A DNA stretch of 57,335 nucleotides, from contig JAJRYJ010000049.1 of assembly GCA_024275795.1 (NCBI GenBank), positions 1-57,335 on the forward strand, written 5' to 3'. How positions within the stretch are numbered: the stretch's first letter is position 1; every line of letters begins with the position of its first letter. Positions 15,241 to 27,248 of the stretch are shown here, one piece after another. The position numbers and the translations under genes are program-made. The notes beneath the pieces were generated by a model. That model did not search any database. It saw only the letters and a program-made list of their open reading frames with translations, and was not told the DNA's origin. This DNA is from Actinomycetes bacterium. GTDB taxonomy: Bacteria > Actinomycetota > Thermoleophilia > BMS3ABIN01.

Positions 15241-18200
15241 TGCTCCCCATCACCTTCTTCAGTTCGTGCCGCAGATCCTGAAGATCGAACGGCTTCACAA
15301 GATAATCGTTACCCGTACGTTCCAGGTAATCACGGACCTCGCTGTCTTCAGCGTTGTCCGTGATGAATATGACGTTCGCCGCCAGCTCCGGGTCGATCTC
15401 GAGGATGCGCTGATATAGTTCCCTGCCCTCGATGCCGGTGACGCTGATATCCGTAATGACGCTGTCGTAAGCGCTCTCGGAGAGTTTCTTGAGCGCCGCG
15501 CTGCAGTTGGCGGCCACATCCACACCATGGCCGTCCATGGTGAGGATATCCGACAGCAGGTCGACGATGGCGTGTTCGTCATCGACAACGAGCACATTGC
15601 GCCGGCCGTTACCGTTTTCAGAACCCCCATTGTCACGCCGCCCTTCGTCTTGTGCCGCCTTTGTCGTCACCGGCAGCGTAAAACTGAACTTCGCACCCTG
15701 TTCGACGTTGCTCTCCACACGCAGTTCGCCGCCGTGCTCCTCGATGATTCCGTAGCAGATGCTGAGTCCGAGGCCTGTGCCCTTGCCGACCTCCTTGGTA
15801 GTAAAGAAGGGTTCGAAAACCCGCTTCTGCAGTTCCGGCGAAATGCCCGGCCCGTTATCCTCGACGGAAACGGTAATCACGCCGTCGCTGAAGCCGCTGC
15901 TGATGATCACCCGACCGCGCCGTTCCACCTCGCTGATGGCCTGGACCGAGTTGTTGACCAGGTTGAGCAGAACCTGCTCCAGCTGATGAGCGTCCGCCAT
16001 CGTCCTGGGCAGATTTTCATCGAGTCGTGAGTCGACGGCAATGTTATTGACGCCGAACTCGTAGTTTCTCAACTTCAGTACGTTACGGATTACCTCGTTC
16101 AGATCGACGACCGAGAGTTTCGGCTGATGCTTGCGGGCGAATGACAGCAGGTTCTTGACGATTCCTGTAGCCCTTTCCGTCTCATCGATTATCGCCTGCA
16201 GGTCATGGGCCGCCTCCTCGTCCGACTGCCCGAATCGTCGAAGGAGCAGTTGCGAATAACCCATAACTCCGGTGAGCGGGTTGTTCAACTCGTGGGCTAC
16301 GCCGGCCACCAGCTGGCCTACGGCTGCCAGCTTCTCCGAATGCAGCAGCTGTTCCTTGAGCCTGTTCCTCTCAGTGATGTCGCTCATCACATGCACCAGG
16401 CCGACTATCTCGCCGTCCTGGTCTTTTATCGGGTTGATGTTGACATTGAAACTCCTGCCGAGCCTGGGCTCATCCACTTCAACCGAACTGCCCTTGCCGC
16501 TCTCGATAACGTCCAGGAACGGGCATTCGTCGATGGGCTCGCACCGCTTGTGGGTGACGTCGTGACATTTCCTGCCGACAAGCTTCTCCGACGTTGTGTC
16601 AAGCATGCTCGCCATCGCCTTGTTGGCCATGACGACGTTGCGCTCCTTGTCAAGCACGAACACGCCGTCACCCATGGAATCGAATGTCGTCTCCCAGGTG
16701 TTCTTTGATTTCTCGATGCGGTTGAACAGGTCAACGTTCTGTATCGCCACTCCCACCTGGTTGGCAACCGCCCGCAACAGACGCTTCTCCTCATCGCTGT
16801 ATTCAGTTTTTTCCTCAGCAGCCACCACCAGCACGCCCATAGTCTCACCGGGAGAGCCGAAGGGGAATATGATCGGGTTCACGAGACCCTCGCGCCTGAG
16901 CAGGGGACCGATGGCCTTCCAGCGCTTGAGCACCTGGCGGGCGTCCGGCAGGCCGCTGCCCTCTTTCTTTTCCATTTCCGTTATCGACGATGCGGGCAAC
17001 AGACCCATGAAGGCCGCCATGTGGTTGCTGACACCCGTGAAAGCCCTGATGCGAATGCTGGGCGCGTCCCGCGACGCGGATGCGATGATGCCGGCGCGGC
17101 CGTCAACCGCCGAGACGACCTTCTTCAGGGCGTCGCCGAGGATAATGTCCAGTTCGTCGATGTTTCCCGTAAGCGAGGCGGCGACCTCGTTAAGCACCAG
17201 CAGTTCACTGTTCTGCGACCTGAGGGACTTCTCCGCCGACCTCAGTTCACTGATGTCGTGCAGTACTGCGACCCGGCCGTCCTCCTGCCCGTCGTCGTTC
17301 AGCAGGGGGCTGACGATCACCTGGTAAGTGCTGCCGTCATGATCGATCTCCAGCGTCCTGAGGCCGTTCTGCACGTAGACACCGCACCGCTCACAGGCGT
17401 CGCGCTTCTGCTTGAATGTACCCTGGATCTCGTTGTAACAGTGGGTGCCGCACTGCAACCAGCAGCGCAGGTCCGAACTGCCGAAGGAGGGGCAATCCGG
17501 ATGGGTGCATGACTTTTCTTTCCAGCATTTGACCATGTTTTCTTCCGGCACCAGCGCCGGCTGGGCAATCAGTTCATCCAGCTCAGCCAGGCCCGTGTCG
17601 TGAGTGCCTGACAGATCCTTCTCCAGCGCTCCCAGCGCCGCCTCCGCTGCCGGATTGGCCGAGACGATCAGGCCCTGCCTGTCGAAGACGATGATGCCGT
17701 CGGTGATGCTCTGGTGAATGGAGCGGATACGACTCTGCTGTTTGCTGAGATCTTTCGTACTCTGCTCGAGCGCGGATGCCATCTGGTTGACGCTGTGCCC
17801 CACATCGGATATCTCATCATTGCCCCGCACCGATACCCTGCTCTCGAGCTTGCCTGAAGCCAGTTCGTCTACCGTATGGTGCAGGCAGTAGAGCCGCCTG
17901 CTCAACCTGCGGTAGACCTGGAAACCGATGCCCAGCGCCAGCAATGCTGCGAAAAGGGTAGTACCAATCTGCACCCAGCCCGCCCAGGCAAGCGAGCGTT
18001 TGTGGCTTCTCTCCCATTCGGTGATCGAGTCCTGGATGCTATCGTTGACACTGGAGAGATCCTGTTCCTGCTGCTCGTGAATGGAAGCGAGCCTGCCGAT
18101 GGCGGCGTCTACCGCCGCCCTGTCGCCTGACGCCAGTGCCGGCTGCAGCTCTTCGGTAAAAAGGCGGTCCATCTCATCCGTCGACTCGATGAGTGATGTC

Positions 18201-18580
18201 AGCGCCGCCAGGCCGGCGCCCGAATATGCCATGGCCGGACGGACATCGTTGAGGAGGGCCCTCTGAGTATCTATGGAACCGCGAGCCTCGGCGATGGCCG
18301 CTTCCACATCTTCCGACTCGACGTCCGCCAGCGTCAAGTGGGACCTGCTGAGCGAGGCGAAGCTGTTCAGATCCTGACTGGCGATCACGAGTCGGCCGGC
18401 GACGGACATCTGTGAGTCCGCCTTCCTGAGATAGCCGTAACTGATGAGACTTACGGTGAGAAATATGATGACCAGCGTCAGGACGAGCGCTCCCAGTTTG
18501 ATGCCGACGCTGATCCTTGCGCCGTCGCCGCCGGTCTTAACCGGGGGTATATCGGATTTTTCCCTCATCGGCATCTGCAT
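15224..18580 (-). CDS. Multi-domain hybrid sensor histidine kinase (TM sensor, HAMP, PAS, Cys-rich module, GAF, PAS, HisKA, HATPase, REC)
   Basis: It has the H-box VAHELNNPL, the N/G boxes NLVNNSVQA and DNGPGI..GTGLGLS, and a C-terminal REC (VLVVDDE ... KPF). The start is set at MQMPMREK (ATG 18580), ahead of the first TM segment. Confidence 0.88.
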   Translation of the reverse strand: MQMPMREKSDIPPVKTGGDGARISVGIKLGALVLTLVIIFLTVSLISYGYLRKADSQMSVAGRLVIASQDLNSFASLSRSHLTLADVESEDVEAAIAEARGSIDTQRALLNDVRPAMAYSGAGLAALTSLIESTDEMDRLFTEELQPALASGDRAAVDAAIGRLASIHEQQEQDLSSVNDSIQDSITEWERSHKRSLAWAGWVQIGTTLFAALLALGIGFQVYRRLSRRLYCLHHTVDELASGKLESRVSVRGNDEISDVGHSVNQMASALEQSTKDLSKQQSRIRSIHQSITDGIIVFDRQGLIVSANPAAEAALGALEKDLSGTHDTGLAELDELIAQPALVPEENMVKCWKEKSCTHPDCPSFGSSDLRCWLQCGTHCYNEIQGTFKQKRDACERCGVYVQNGLRTLEIDHDGSTYQVIVSPLLNDDGQEDGRVAVLHDISELRSAEKSLRSQNSELLVLNEVAASLTGNIDELDIILGDALKKVVSAVDGRAGIIASASRDAPSIRIRAFTGVSNHMAAFMGLLPASSITEMEKKEGSGLPDARQVLKRWKAIGPLLRREGLVNPIIFPFGSPGETMGVLVVAAEEKTEYSDEEKRLLRAVANQVGVAIQNVDLFNRIEKSKNTWETTFDSMGDGVFVLDKERNVVMANKAMASMLDTTSEKLVGRKCHDVTHKRCEPIDECPFLDVIESGKGSSVEVDEPRLGRSFNVNINPIKDQDGEIVGLVHVMSDITERNRLKEQLLHSEKLAAVGQLVAGVAHELNNPLTGVMGYSQLLLRRFGQSDEEAAHDLQAIIDETERATGIVKNLLSFARKHQPKLSVVDLNEVIRNVLKLRNYEFGVNNIAVDSRLDENLPRTMADAHQLEQVLLNLVNNSVQAISEVERRGRVIISSGFSDGVITVSVEDNGPGISPELQKRVFEPFFTTKEVGKGTGLGLSICYGIIEEHGGELRVESNVEQGAKFSFTLPVTTKAAQDEGRRDNGGSENGNGRRNVLVVDDEHAIVDLLSDILTMDGHGVDVAANCSAALKKLSESAYDSVITDISVTGIEGRELYQRILEIDPELAANVIFITDNAEDSEVRDYLERTGNDYLVKPFDLQDLRHELKKVMGSNGNPG

Positions 18581-18772
18581 GCCAAAGCCGCCCTCTTTAC
18601 GGGACAGGCGCCGTCTGCAGGAAAAGATCGCCCCAAAAGCTGTCCTTCCAAGGCAGGTAAACGGACAGGGCCCGTCCCTCATAGCCTGTAAATATGGCAT
18701 CGGAAGCAGAATGTACTTACTTGATAGCAGTCACGGGCCGGCGCCGCAGGCCCGGACCTTGAGCAAGGCGGC

Positions 18773-19378
18773 ATGTTGGGTTATCCTGCCTCTATGCATC
18801 GCATCCTCGGCATATCAGGCAGCCCCAGGGAGGGCGGCAATACGGACATCCTGCTTGACGCCGCTCTGGAAGCGGCAGGGGACGGCTGCGAGCTGGAACG
18901 CATCCGGCTTGCTGAGCTTGATTTCTCCGGGTGTACCGAATGCGAGGATTGCTACGCCACCGGAGAGTGCAGCATCGAGGACGACATGAGCGGGCTATAT
19001 TCGGCAATGGAGCGGGCCGACCGCATCCTGCTGGCATCCCCCATCTTCTTCATGGGTCTGCCGTCGCAACCCAAAGCTATGATCGACCGCACCCAGCGCT
19101 ACTGGGCGCTGAAGTACATGCTCGAGGAGGATTTCCCTTACGAGGGCGGCGGCACCCGCTATGGCGCCTTCATCGGCGTGGGAGCCACCCGCGGTGAAAA
19201 GCTGTTCGACGGCACCATCCTCACGCTGAAATATTTCTTCGATGCCATCGCCGTCAGGCCGCTGGTGGATGATTACGTGCTCGTCAGGGGGGTGGACGCG
19301 AAAGGTGAGATCGCATCCCACGGGGATGCCCTGGGGGCCGCCCGCAAACTGGGCGAAAAGCTCTCTACAGCGGACTGA
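18773..19378 (+). CDS. Iron-sulfur flavoprotein / NADPH-dependent FMN reductase family
   Basis: It has ILGISGSPREGGNT and a compact Cys cluster (CTECEDCYATGEC) typical of Isf-like flavoproteins. An alternative start is ATG 18794. Confidence 0.8.
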   Translation: MLGYPASMHRILGISGSPREGGNTDILLDAALEAAGDGCELERIRLAELDFSGCTECEDCYATGECSIEDDMSGLYSAMERADRILLASPIFFMGLPSQPKAMIDRTQRYWALKYMLEEDFPYEGGGTRYGAFIGVGATRGEKLFDGTILTLKYFFDAIAVRPLVDDYVLVRGVDAKGEIASHGDALGAARKLGEKLSTAD

Positions 19379-19724
19379 TCTCCGGGGAGGATGGCGCCGA
19401 ATCCCGCTTCGGCGGCTGGCGGCGGGAGCGTTCCAGCATCTCGCCGTATCCATTGACGCGGCGCTCCGGATTTCCGATGGTGTCCTGGGCCACGCGGCGG
19501 TCGACGACCACCGTTACACCATCGAGCTGTGACGCCAGGTCTTCACAGCGCCTCTGCAGGAAAGGCATGCGCCGGTCAACGATCAGCAAACGGCCGCTCT
19601 TGGGCGAGTCCACCAGCGCCGACCTGAAGCCGCAGAAACGGCAGCGTGAGAACTCGCGTGCATCGACATCCTTCTTTTCCTGTCCGCAATATGGGCAACT
19701 GAGCGTATCCATGACTGATTCCAT
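19365..19724 (-). CDS. Hypothetical protein with an N-terminal CxxC...CxxC zinc ribbon
   Basis: The motif is CPYCG..(13)..CRFCG. The RBS is weak and the C-terminus is Arg-rich. It overlaps the convergent flavoprotein gene by 14 nt. Confidence 0.5.
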   Translation of the reverse strand: MESVMDTLSCPYCGQEKKDVDAREFSRCRFCGFRSALVDSPKSGRLLIVDRRMPFLQRRCEDLASQLDGVTVVVDRRVAQDTIGNPERRVNGYGEMLERSRRQPPKRDSAPSSPEISPL

Positions 19725-19820
19725 TGTAGACCCGGGGACGGTCCAGCGGCATCGGGGATTCCCCCTAAAAGGTATCAGGGATAATCAGGGGATGAACGGG
19801 GTCGGCTTCCGGGGAAAAAC

Positions 19821-19895
19821 TGGCTCCCCGGGCGGGACTCGAACCTGCAGCCTATCGGTTAACAGCCGATTGCTCTACCATTGAGCTACCGGGGA
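19821..19895 (-). tRNA. tRNA-Asn (anticodon GUU), CCA encoded
   Basis: The reverse complement reads TCCCCGG-TA-GCTC-AATGGTA-GAGC-A-ATCGG-CTGTTAA-CCGAT-AGGCT-GCAGG-TTCGAGT-CCCGC-CCGGGGA-G-CCA. U1:A72 and G73 match bacterial tRNA-Asn. There is one A-C mismatch in the T-stem. Confidence 0.88.
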
Positions 19896-19916
19896 GCGTC
19901 AATCAAGTACCAGAGC

Positions 19917-19946
19917 ATTATAGAGGGGTGAAAGCTCCCTTTTCAA
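19917..19946 (-). promoter_or_regulatory. Near-consensus sigma-70 promoter for tRNA-Asn (TTGAAA, 18 nt, TATAAT)
   Basis: On the minus strand, TTGAAA is at 19946-19941 and TATAAT at 19922-19917. The tRNA 5' end is at 19895. Confidence 0.65.
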
Positions 19947-19953
19947 GAATCGC

Positions 19954-20220
19954 TCAGTCGTTCAGGTAGAATGATTTGAGCTCATCGATACGGGCCTGCA
20001 TCTCCTCCGGATGACTCTTGAAGGCGATGCATTCAGGACAGCGGTCCATGTGGGAGTACCAGTATTCCTGCTGACTGGCAGGCAGATACTTGATGACTTC
20101 CCGCCAGTCTATCTCCCAGCAGCTCTTATCCGCCCTGTAGGCCGGACAGCCGGCAGTTTCCTGGGACCGGCCCCGCATCAGGCAGTCCTTCTTGATTTCC
20201 CAGCATTTTTCGTCAGCCAT
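19954..20220 (-). CDS. Small six-Cys protein with two CW motifs (88 aa)
   Basis: A GAGGT RBS is present. The Cys pattern is KCWE-x6-C-x11-CP-x8-CWE ... CPEC. The same pattern occurs inside the hybrid kinase at about 17381-17536. Confidence 0.7.
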   Translation of the reverse strand: MADEKCWEIKKDCLMRGRSQETAGCPAYRADKSCWEIDWREVIKYLPASQQEYWYSHMDRCPECIAFKSHPEEMQARIDELKSFYLND

Positions 20221-20284
20221 CGTTCATACCTCGGTGATCGAACAATGTGCCCACGATTCCCCACCGTGCCCTGCGAGTTTGTTG

Positions 20285-20312
20285 ATTTTATCAGAAAAGG
20301 GCGACTGTTCAA
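20285..20312 (-). promoter_or_regulatory. Candidate promoter for the two-CW gene (TTGAAC, 16 nt, TGaTAAAAT)
   Basis: On the minus strand, TTGAAC is at 20312-20307 and TGATAAAAT ends at 20285. It lies directly after the rpoD terminator. Confidence 0.5.
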
Positions 20313-20313
20313 G

Positions 20314-20337
20314 AAAAAAACAGGCCCCGAGCCTGCG
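20314..20337 (-). terminator. Intrinsic terminator after rpoD
   Basis: The minus strand reads CAGGC-TCGGG-GCCTG followed by TTTTTTTC. Confidence 0.55.
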
Positions 20338-20372
20338 GTGGTAATGACAGCATTCGTAATCTCAGCCCTTGC

Positions 20373-21467
20373 CTATTCGAGGAACTCCCTCAGCTTCTGC
20401 GACTCCCGGTAGCTCTTGAGCTTCACCAGCGTCTTGGCCTCGATCTGGCGGATGCGCTCACGGGTGACGCCGAACTTCTGGCCTACCTCCTCAAGGGTGC
20501 GCGGATGCTCGCCCTTGAGGCCGAACCTGAGCTCTATGACCTTGCGCTCACGGTGCGTCAGGCTGCCCAGCACCTGGGCCAGGTCTTCTTTCTGGACTAT
20601 GTCCGAGACAGCATCCACGGGCGCAACCGCGTCGCTGTCCTCGATGAAGTCGCCCAGCTGGCTGTCATCCTCCTCGCCGATGGGGGTCTCCAGGGACACC
20701 GGCTCCTGGGATATCTTGAGGATCTCGCGCACCTTCTCAGGGGTCGTATCCATCTCCTTGGCGATCTCGAAGGGTGTGGGCTCCCGGCCCCGGTCCTGCA
20801 GCAGCTGCCGCTGGACGCGGATCAGCTTGTTGATGGTCTCGACCATGTGGACCGGGATGCGGATGGTGCGCGCCTGGTCGGCGATGGCGCGGGTTATGGC
20901 CTGCCGGATCCACCAGGTTGCGTAAGTTGAGAACTTGTAACCCTTGCGGTAGTCGAACTTCTCGACGGCGCGGATCAGGCCCAGGTTCCCCTCCTGAATC
21001 AGGTCGAGGAAGAGCATGCCGCGCCCTACATAGCGCTTGGCGATGCTGACCACAAGGCGCAGGTTAGCCTGGATCAGGCGCCGCTTCGCCTCCATGTCCT
21101 GACGCTCGATGCGCTTTGCCAGCGCCACTTCCTCTTCGGCGGTCAGCAGCGGCACCCTGCCGATCTCCTTCAGGTAGAGCCGCACCGGGTCGCTGGTGGG
21201 AGTCTTGACCGTAAGGTCGAGGCGGCTGATGATCTCCTCGCTGGCCTTGCCGTTGCCCCCCTTGCCGTCGAGCACCTCGTCTTCCTCCTCCACCACGTCG
21301 ATGCCGAGGTCGAGGAAAACGGCATAGATGTTCTCGATCTGGTCCGTCGTCAGTTCCACATCCTGCAGCACATCAGCCACGCGGTCGGAGGTCAGGTAGC
21401 CCTGTTCCTTGCCCTCGAGTATGAGCTCGCGTACCTCGTCGATGGTTGTCTCTTCAGGATGGCTCAT
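20373..21467 (-). CDS. rpoD: Primary RNA polymerase sigma factor (sigma-70/SigA)
   Basis: Regions 1.2 to 4.2 are recognisable ([70 protein letters not shown]). Confidence 0.95.
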   Translation of the reverse strand: MSHPEETTIDEVRELILEGKEQGYLTSDRVADVLQDVELTTDQIENIYAVFLDLGIDVVEEEDEVLDGKGGNGKASEEIISRLDLTVKTPTSDPVRLYLKEIGRVPLLTAEEEVALAKRIERQDMEAKRRLIQANLRLVVSIAKRYVGRGMLFLDLIQEGNLGLIRAVEKFDYRKGYKFSTYATWWIRQAITRAIADQARTIRIPVHMVETINKLIRVQRQLLQDRGREPTPFEIAKEMDTTPEKVREILKISQEPVSLETPIGEEDDSQLGDFIEDSDAVAPVDAVSDIVQKEDLAQVLGSLTHRERKVIELRFGLKGEHPRTLEEVGQKFGVTRERIRQIEAKTLVKLKSYRESQKLREFLE

Positions 21468-23251
21468 ATGCTGCCCTGGTGAGTGGAATGCAGGTGCTCG
21501 ATGATGCGGCGGCGGCGCTCCTCCAGGCGGGCGAGCTCATGAAAGTCAGCCGGTTCTTCCTCGCTGTTGAGTCTGGACTTGAGATTCTCGATACGGCGCG
21601 AGAGCTCGGCCACGTTCAGTTTCATGAAGAGTTCAGGCAGGGCCTCGGGGGAATTCGCCTCGGTCTCGGAGCGTATCAGCAGCTCGGGCAGTATCGACTC
21701 GACGCCGCCGCCGGCTGCAGCCATCGAGCTCGCATCGATCACAGTTCCGTTACCGGTACCCCCTAGCTTCCCCTTGATCCAGTGAAAAGCTGACCGGTTG
21801 GGTTCGGTCGTAAAATGAGCTTCGGTCATGTCCTGTAGATACCTTCCGGCCTCCCCGGGGTTAGCCAGACAGATGCTTAAAAAGCTTCTCTCAGCTATCT
21901 CCTCTTGCGACAGTACCCGCCGTTGCGTCCCACCCTCGCCGACCGTACCTTCGACCTTGGCAGCCGGCTTCAATAAGTATGCCATATTTTCAGGGCTAAG
22001 GCGGAGCCGGTCTGCGATTATCCGAGACTGCTCGTCGCGCTCAACTGCATTAACGGCACCTGCCAGTATGGGCTTGAGCGCCTCCAGCGCCCTGAACTTG
22101 CCGTCGGCGGTGTCAAGGTCGGCTGACGCGAGGGTCTCATGGACTTGGTATTCTAGCAACGCCAGTGCCTCAGCCGCAAGTTCCCTGAATCGCTCCGCGC
22201 CCCCCTCCGCCAGCACCAGGTCGGCCGGGTCGCTGCCGCCCGGCATCTGCACCAGCCTGATGGTCAGGTCCAGTTTTTTCGAGACGTCCAGGGCCCTGAG
22301 CATCGCCTGTCTGCCGGCGGCGTCCGCGTCCAGGGCCAGGTAGACGTTCTTGGTATAGCGGGAGACCTCCTTCAGCTGCGATTCCGTGAGGGCGGTGCCC
22401 ATGGAAGCGACCACGTTGGCTATGCCCACCTGGTGCAGCGCCAGCACGTCCGTGTAGCCCTCGACGATATAGACCCGGTCTTCACGGGTGCTCGCCTGCC
22501 TTGCGTTGCCCAGGCCGAAAAGCAGGTACTTCTTGTGGTAGACATCGGAGTCGGGGGAGTTGAGATACTTGGGCTTGCCGTCGCCCAGGACCCGGGCGCC
22601 GAAACCCAGCACCCGCCCGCGGTGGTCGGTGAACGGGAACATCAAGCGTCCGCGGAAATAGTCGTAGCGGCGGCCGTCGCGCTCCCGCAGCAGGCCTGCG
22701 GCCAGCAGTTCGTCCTCCGAATAACCTTTGGCAGCAGCCTTTGTCAGCAGGTCACGACCGCCGGCAGGCGAGAATCCCAGCCTGAACTCATCGATGACCT
22801 CAGTCTTAAAGCCCCTTTCGGCCAGATATTCGCGGGCGGCGGCGGCCGCCGCCGACTCCCTGAGCACCCTGGCGTAATAGGATGCGGCCTGGTCCAGCAG
22901 CGAGTATGAGCGCTCGCGGCGGCGGCGGCGCTCCTCCTCCTCGGGACTGCTCTCTTCGTACTGGAGCTTGACGCCGTATCGTTCAGCCATGGACTTGATG
23001 GCGTCGGGGAAATCCAGGCCCTCCTTCTCCATCACGAAGTTGACCACATTACCCTTGGCGCCGCAGCTGAAACAATAGTAGACCTTCTTGACCGTATCGA
23101 TTGAGAAGGAGGGGTCCTTCTCGCTGTGAAAGGGACAACGACCCATGTAGCCGCCGCCGACCTTCTTGAGTGTGGTATACGGCGCCACCAGCTCCAGCAT
23201 GTCGCTGGCCTCGATGACAGTGTCGATGCTTTCCTGCCTGATCAGCGCCAC
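21464..23251 (-). CDS. dnaG: DNA primase
   Basis: It has the zinc finger [23 protein letters not shown] and the TOPRIM block ([14 protein letters not shown]). A GTG start at 23251 lies 4 nt after the dgt stop, with GGAG upstream. ATGA overlap with rpoD. Confidence 0.92.
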   Translation of the reverse strand: MALIRQESIDTVIEASDMLELVAPYTTLKKVGGGYMGRCPFHSEKDPSFSIDTVKKVYYCFSCGAKGNVVNFVMEKEGLDFPDAIKSMAERYGVKLQYEESSPEEEERRRRRERSYSLLDQAASYYARVLRESAAAAAAREYLAERGFKTEVIDEFRLGFSPAGGRDLLTKAAAKGYSEDELLAAGLLRERDGRRYDYFRGRLMFPFTDHRGRVLGFGARVLGDGKPKYLNSPDSDVYHKKYLLFGLGNARQASTREDRVYIVEGYTDVLALHQVGIANVVASMGTALTESQLKEVSRYTKNVYLALDADAAGRQAMLRALDVSKKLDLTIRLVQMPGGSDPADLVLAEGGAERFRELAAEALALLEYQVHETLASADLDTADGKFRALEALKPILAGAVNAVERDEQSRIIADRLRLSPENMAYLLKPAAKVEGTVGEGGTQRRVLSQEEIAERSFLSICLANPGEAGRYLQDMTEAHFTTEPNRSAFHWIKGKLGGTGNGTVIDASSMAAAGGGVESILPELLIRSETEANSPEALPELFMKLNVAELSRRIENLKSRLNSEEEPADFHELARLEERRRRIIEHLHSTHQGSI

Positions 23252-23255
23252 GGCC

Positions 23256-24296
23256 TCAGAAACTCCATTCGCTGGGTACGAACAGTTCCCGGTATACGCG
23301 GATGGCATAACGGTCTGTCATGCCGGCGATGTAGTCGACCACCCTGGAGGCGGCATCGCCCTCGCCGTTGCCGGTCCAGGAGGGCAGTTGCTGCGGCTGT
23401 TCCATGTAATGGTCGAAAAGGCGCTCCACAAGCCCGGCCACCTTGCTGTTCTCACGCCTGGCGACAGAGCCGACATATACGTTCTCATAGAGATAGCTTC
23501 TAAGCGCGCCGGCGGCTGTGGCCATGGGCTGGCTCTGCCTGATCTCACCCGACTCCCAGCTTGTTTCCACCAGGTCATGCACCAGCGTATCGATGCGCTC
23601 ACGGCAGGATTCACCGAGCAACGCGATCTGCTCCTGCGGCAGGTCGGCAGCGTCTATGATGCCGGCCCTGAGGGCGTCATCGATGTCATGGTTGATGTAG
23701 GCGATGCGGTCGGCGATGCGGACGATGTTTCCTTCCAGCGTTGCCGGCCGCTCATCCCCCGTATGCATGAGGATGCCCTCTTCCACCTCGGCGCAGAGGT
23801 TCAGTCCCCTGCCCTCCTTCTCCAGGTACTGCACAACCCTGAGGCTCTGCCGGTTATGTTCGAACCTCCTGCCTGTGCGCCGCTCGAGAGCATGGGAAAG
23901 GGCCTCCTCGCCGATATGGCCGAAGGGCGTATGGCCCAGGTCATGGCCCAGGCTGATGGCCTCGGCCAGATCCTCGTTGAGCCGGAGCGCCCGGGCGATG
24001 GTGCGGGAGATGCCGGACACCTCCAGCGTGTGCGTCAGACGCGTGCGGTAATGATCCCCCTCCGGAGCGATGAACACCTGGGTCTTGTGCTTGAGGCGGC
24101 GGAAACTCTTGCTGTGGACGATACGGTCGCGGTCACGCTGGAAACAGGTGCGCAGGCTGCAGGGCTCCTCCTCGACGGCGCGGCCGCGGCTGTCGGCGAC
24201 CCTTACCGCATGGCGCGACAGAGCCTGTTCAGCCTCCTGTATTCTGGACCTGGTATCGTTGACCATCGCTGCGCTCCCTTTCTGCGACATGGCCAT
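23256..24296 (-). CDS. dgt: dGTP triphosphohydrolase-like HD-domain protein
   Basis: It has FQRDRDRIVHS, RTRLTHTLEV and HDLGHTPFGH. Confidence 0.88.
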   Translation of the reverse strand: MAMSQKGSAAMVNDTRSRIQEAEQALSRHAVRVADSRGRAVEEEPCSLRTCFQRDRDRIVHSKSFRRLKHKTQVFIAPEGDHYRTRLTHTLEVSGISRTIARALRLNEDLAEAISLGHDLGHTPFGHIGEEALSHALERRTGRRFEHNRQSLRVVQYLEKEGRGLNLCAEVEEGILMHTGDERPATLEGNIVRIADRIAYINHDIDDALRAGIIDAADLPQEQIALLGESCRERIDTLVHDLVETSWESGEIRQSQPMATAAGALRSYLYENVYVGSVARRENSKVAGLVERLFDHYMEQPQQLPSWTGNGEGDAASRVVDYIAGMTDRYAIRVYRELFVPSEWSF

Positions 24297-24440
24297 GCCC
24301 CCGTTTCACCTATTATAGACAAGGTTCCGGACAGCAGGGCCCGCTGCCGCCGCTGAGGCGGTATCCGCCACCGGAACACGGCAGGCCAGGCATCTCAGCC
24401 CGGCCTGCGCCAAAGAACCAGTCCCGGTTTGCCGCTGGAC

Positions 24441-27107
<2,667 letters not shown>

Positions 27108-27248
27108 CAAATGCCTCCTGGTTTTCAAAAAGGTTAGTTTTGCCGGTACTTCCATGCTGCCGGCCCCGGGGCCGGACCGCCCACCGGTTTTGGGTTTACA
27201 AGTGTATCGCAACAGGCTGGATTAGGCTACACCAACAGCATCAACGCC

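Noticed and set aside
27160-27175. Perfect 16-nt palindrome CCGGCCCCGGGGCCGG between glyS and ppdK, considered as a terminator
   Set aside because: No U-tract follows on the minus strand, and the stem is only 6 bp once a loop is allowed. It may be a minor pause or processing hairpin, but the support is not enough to call it.
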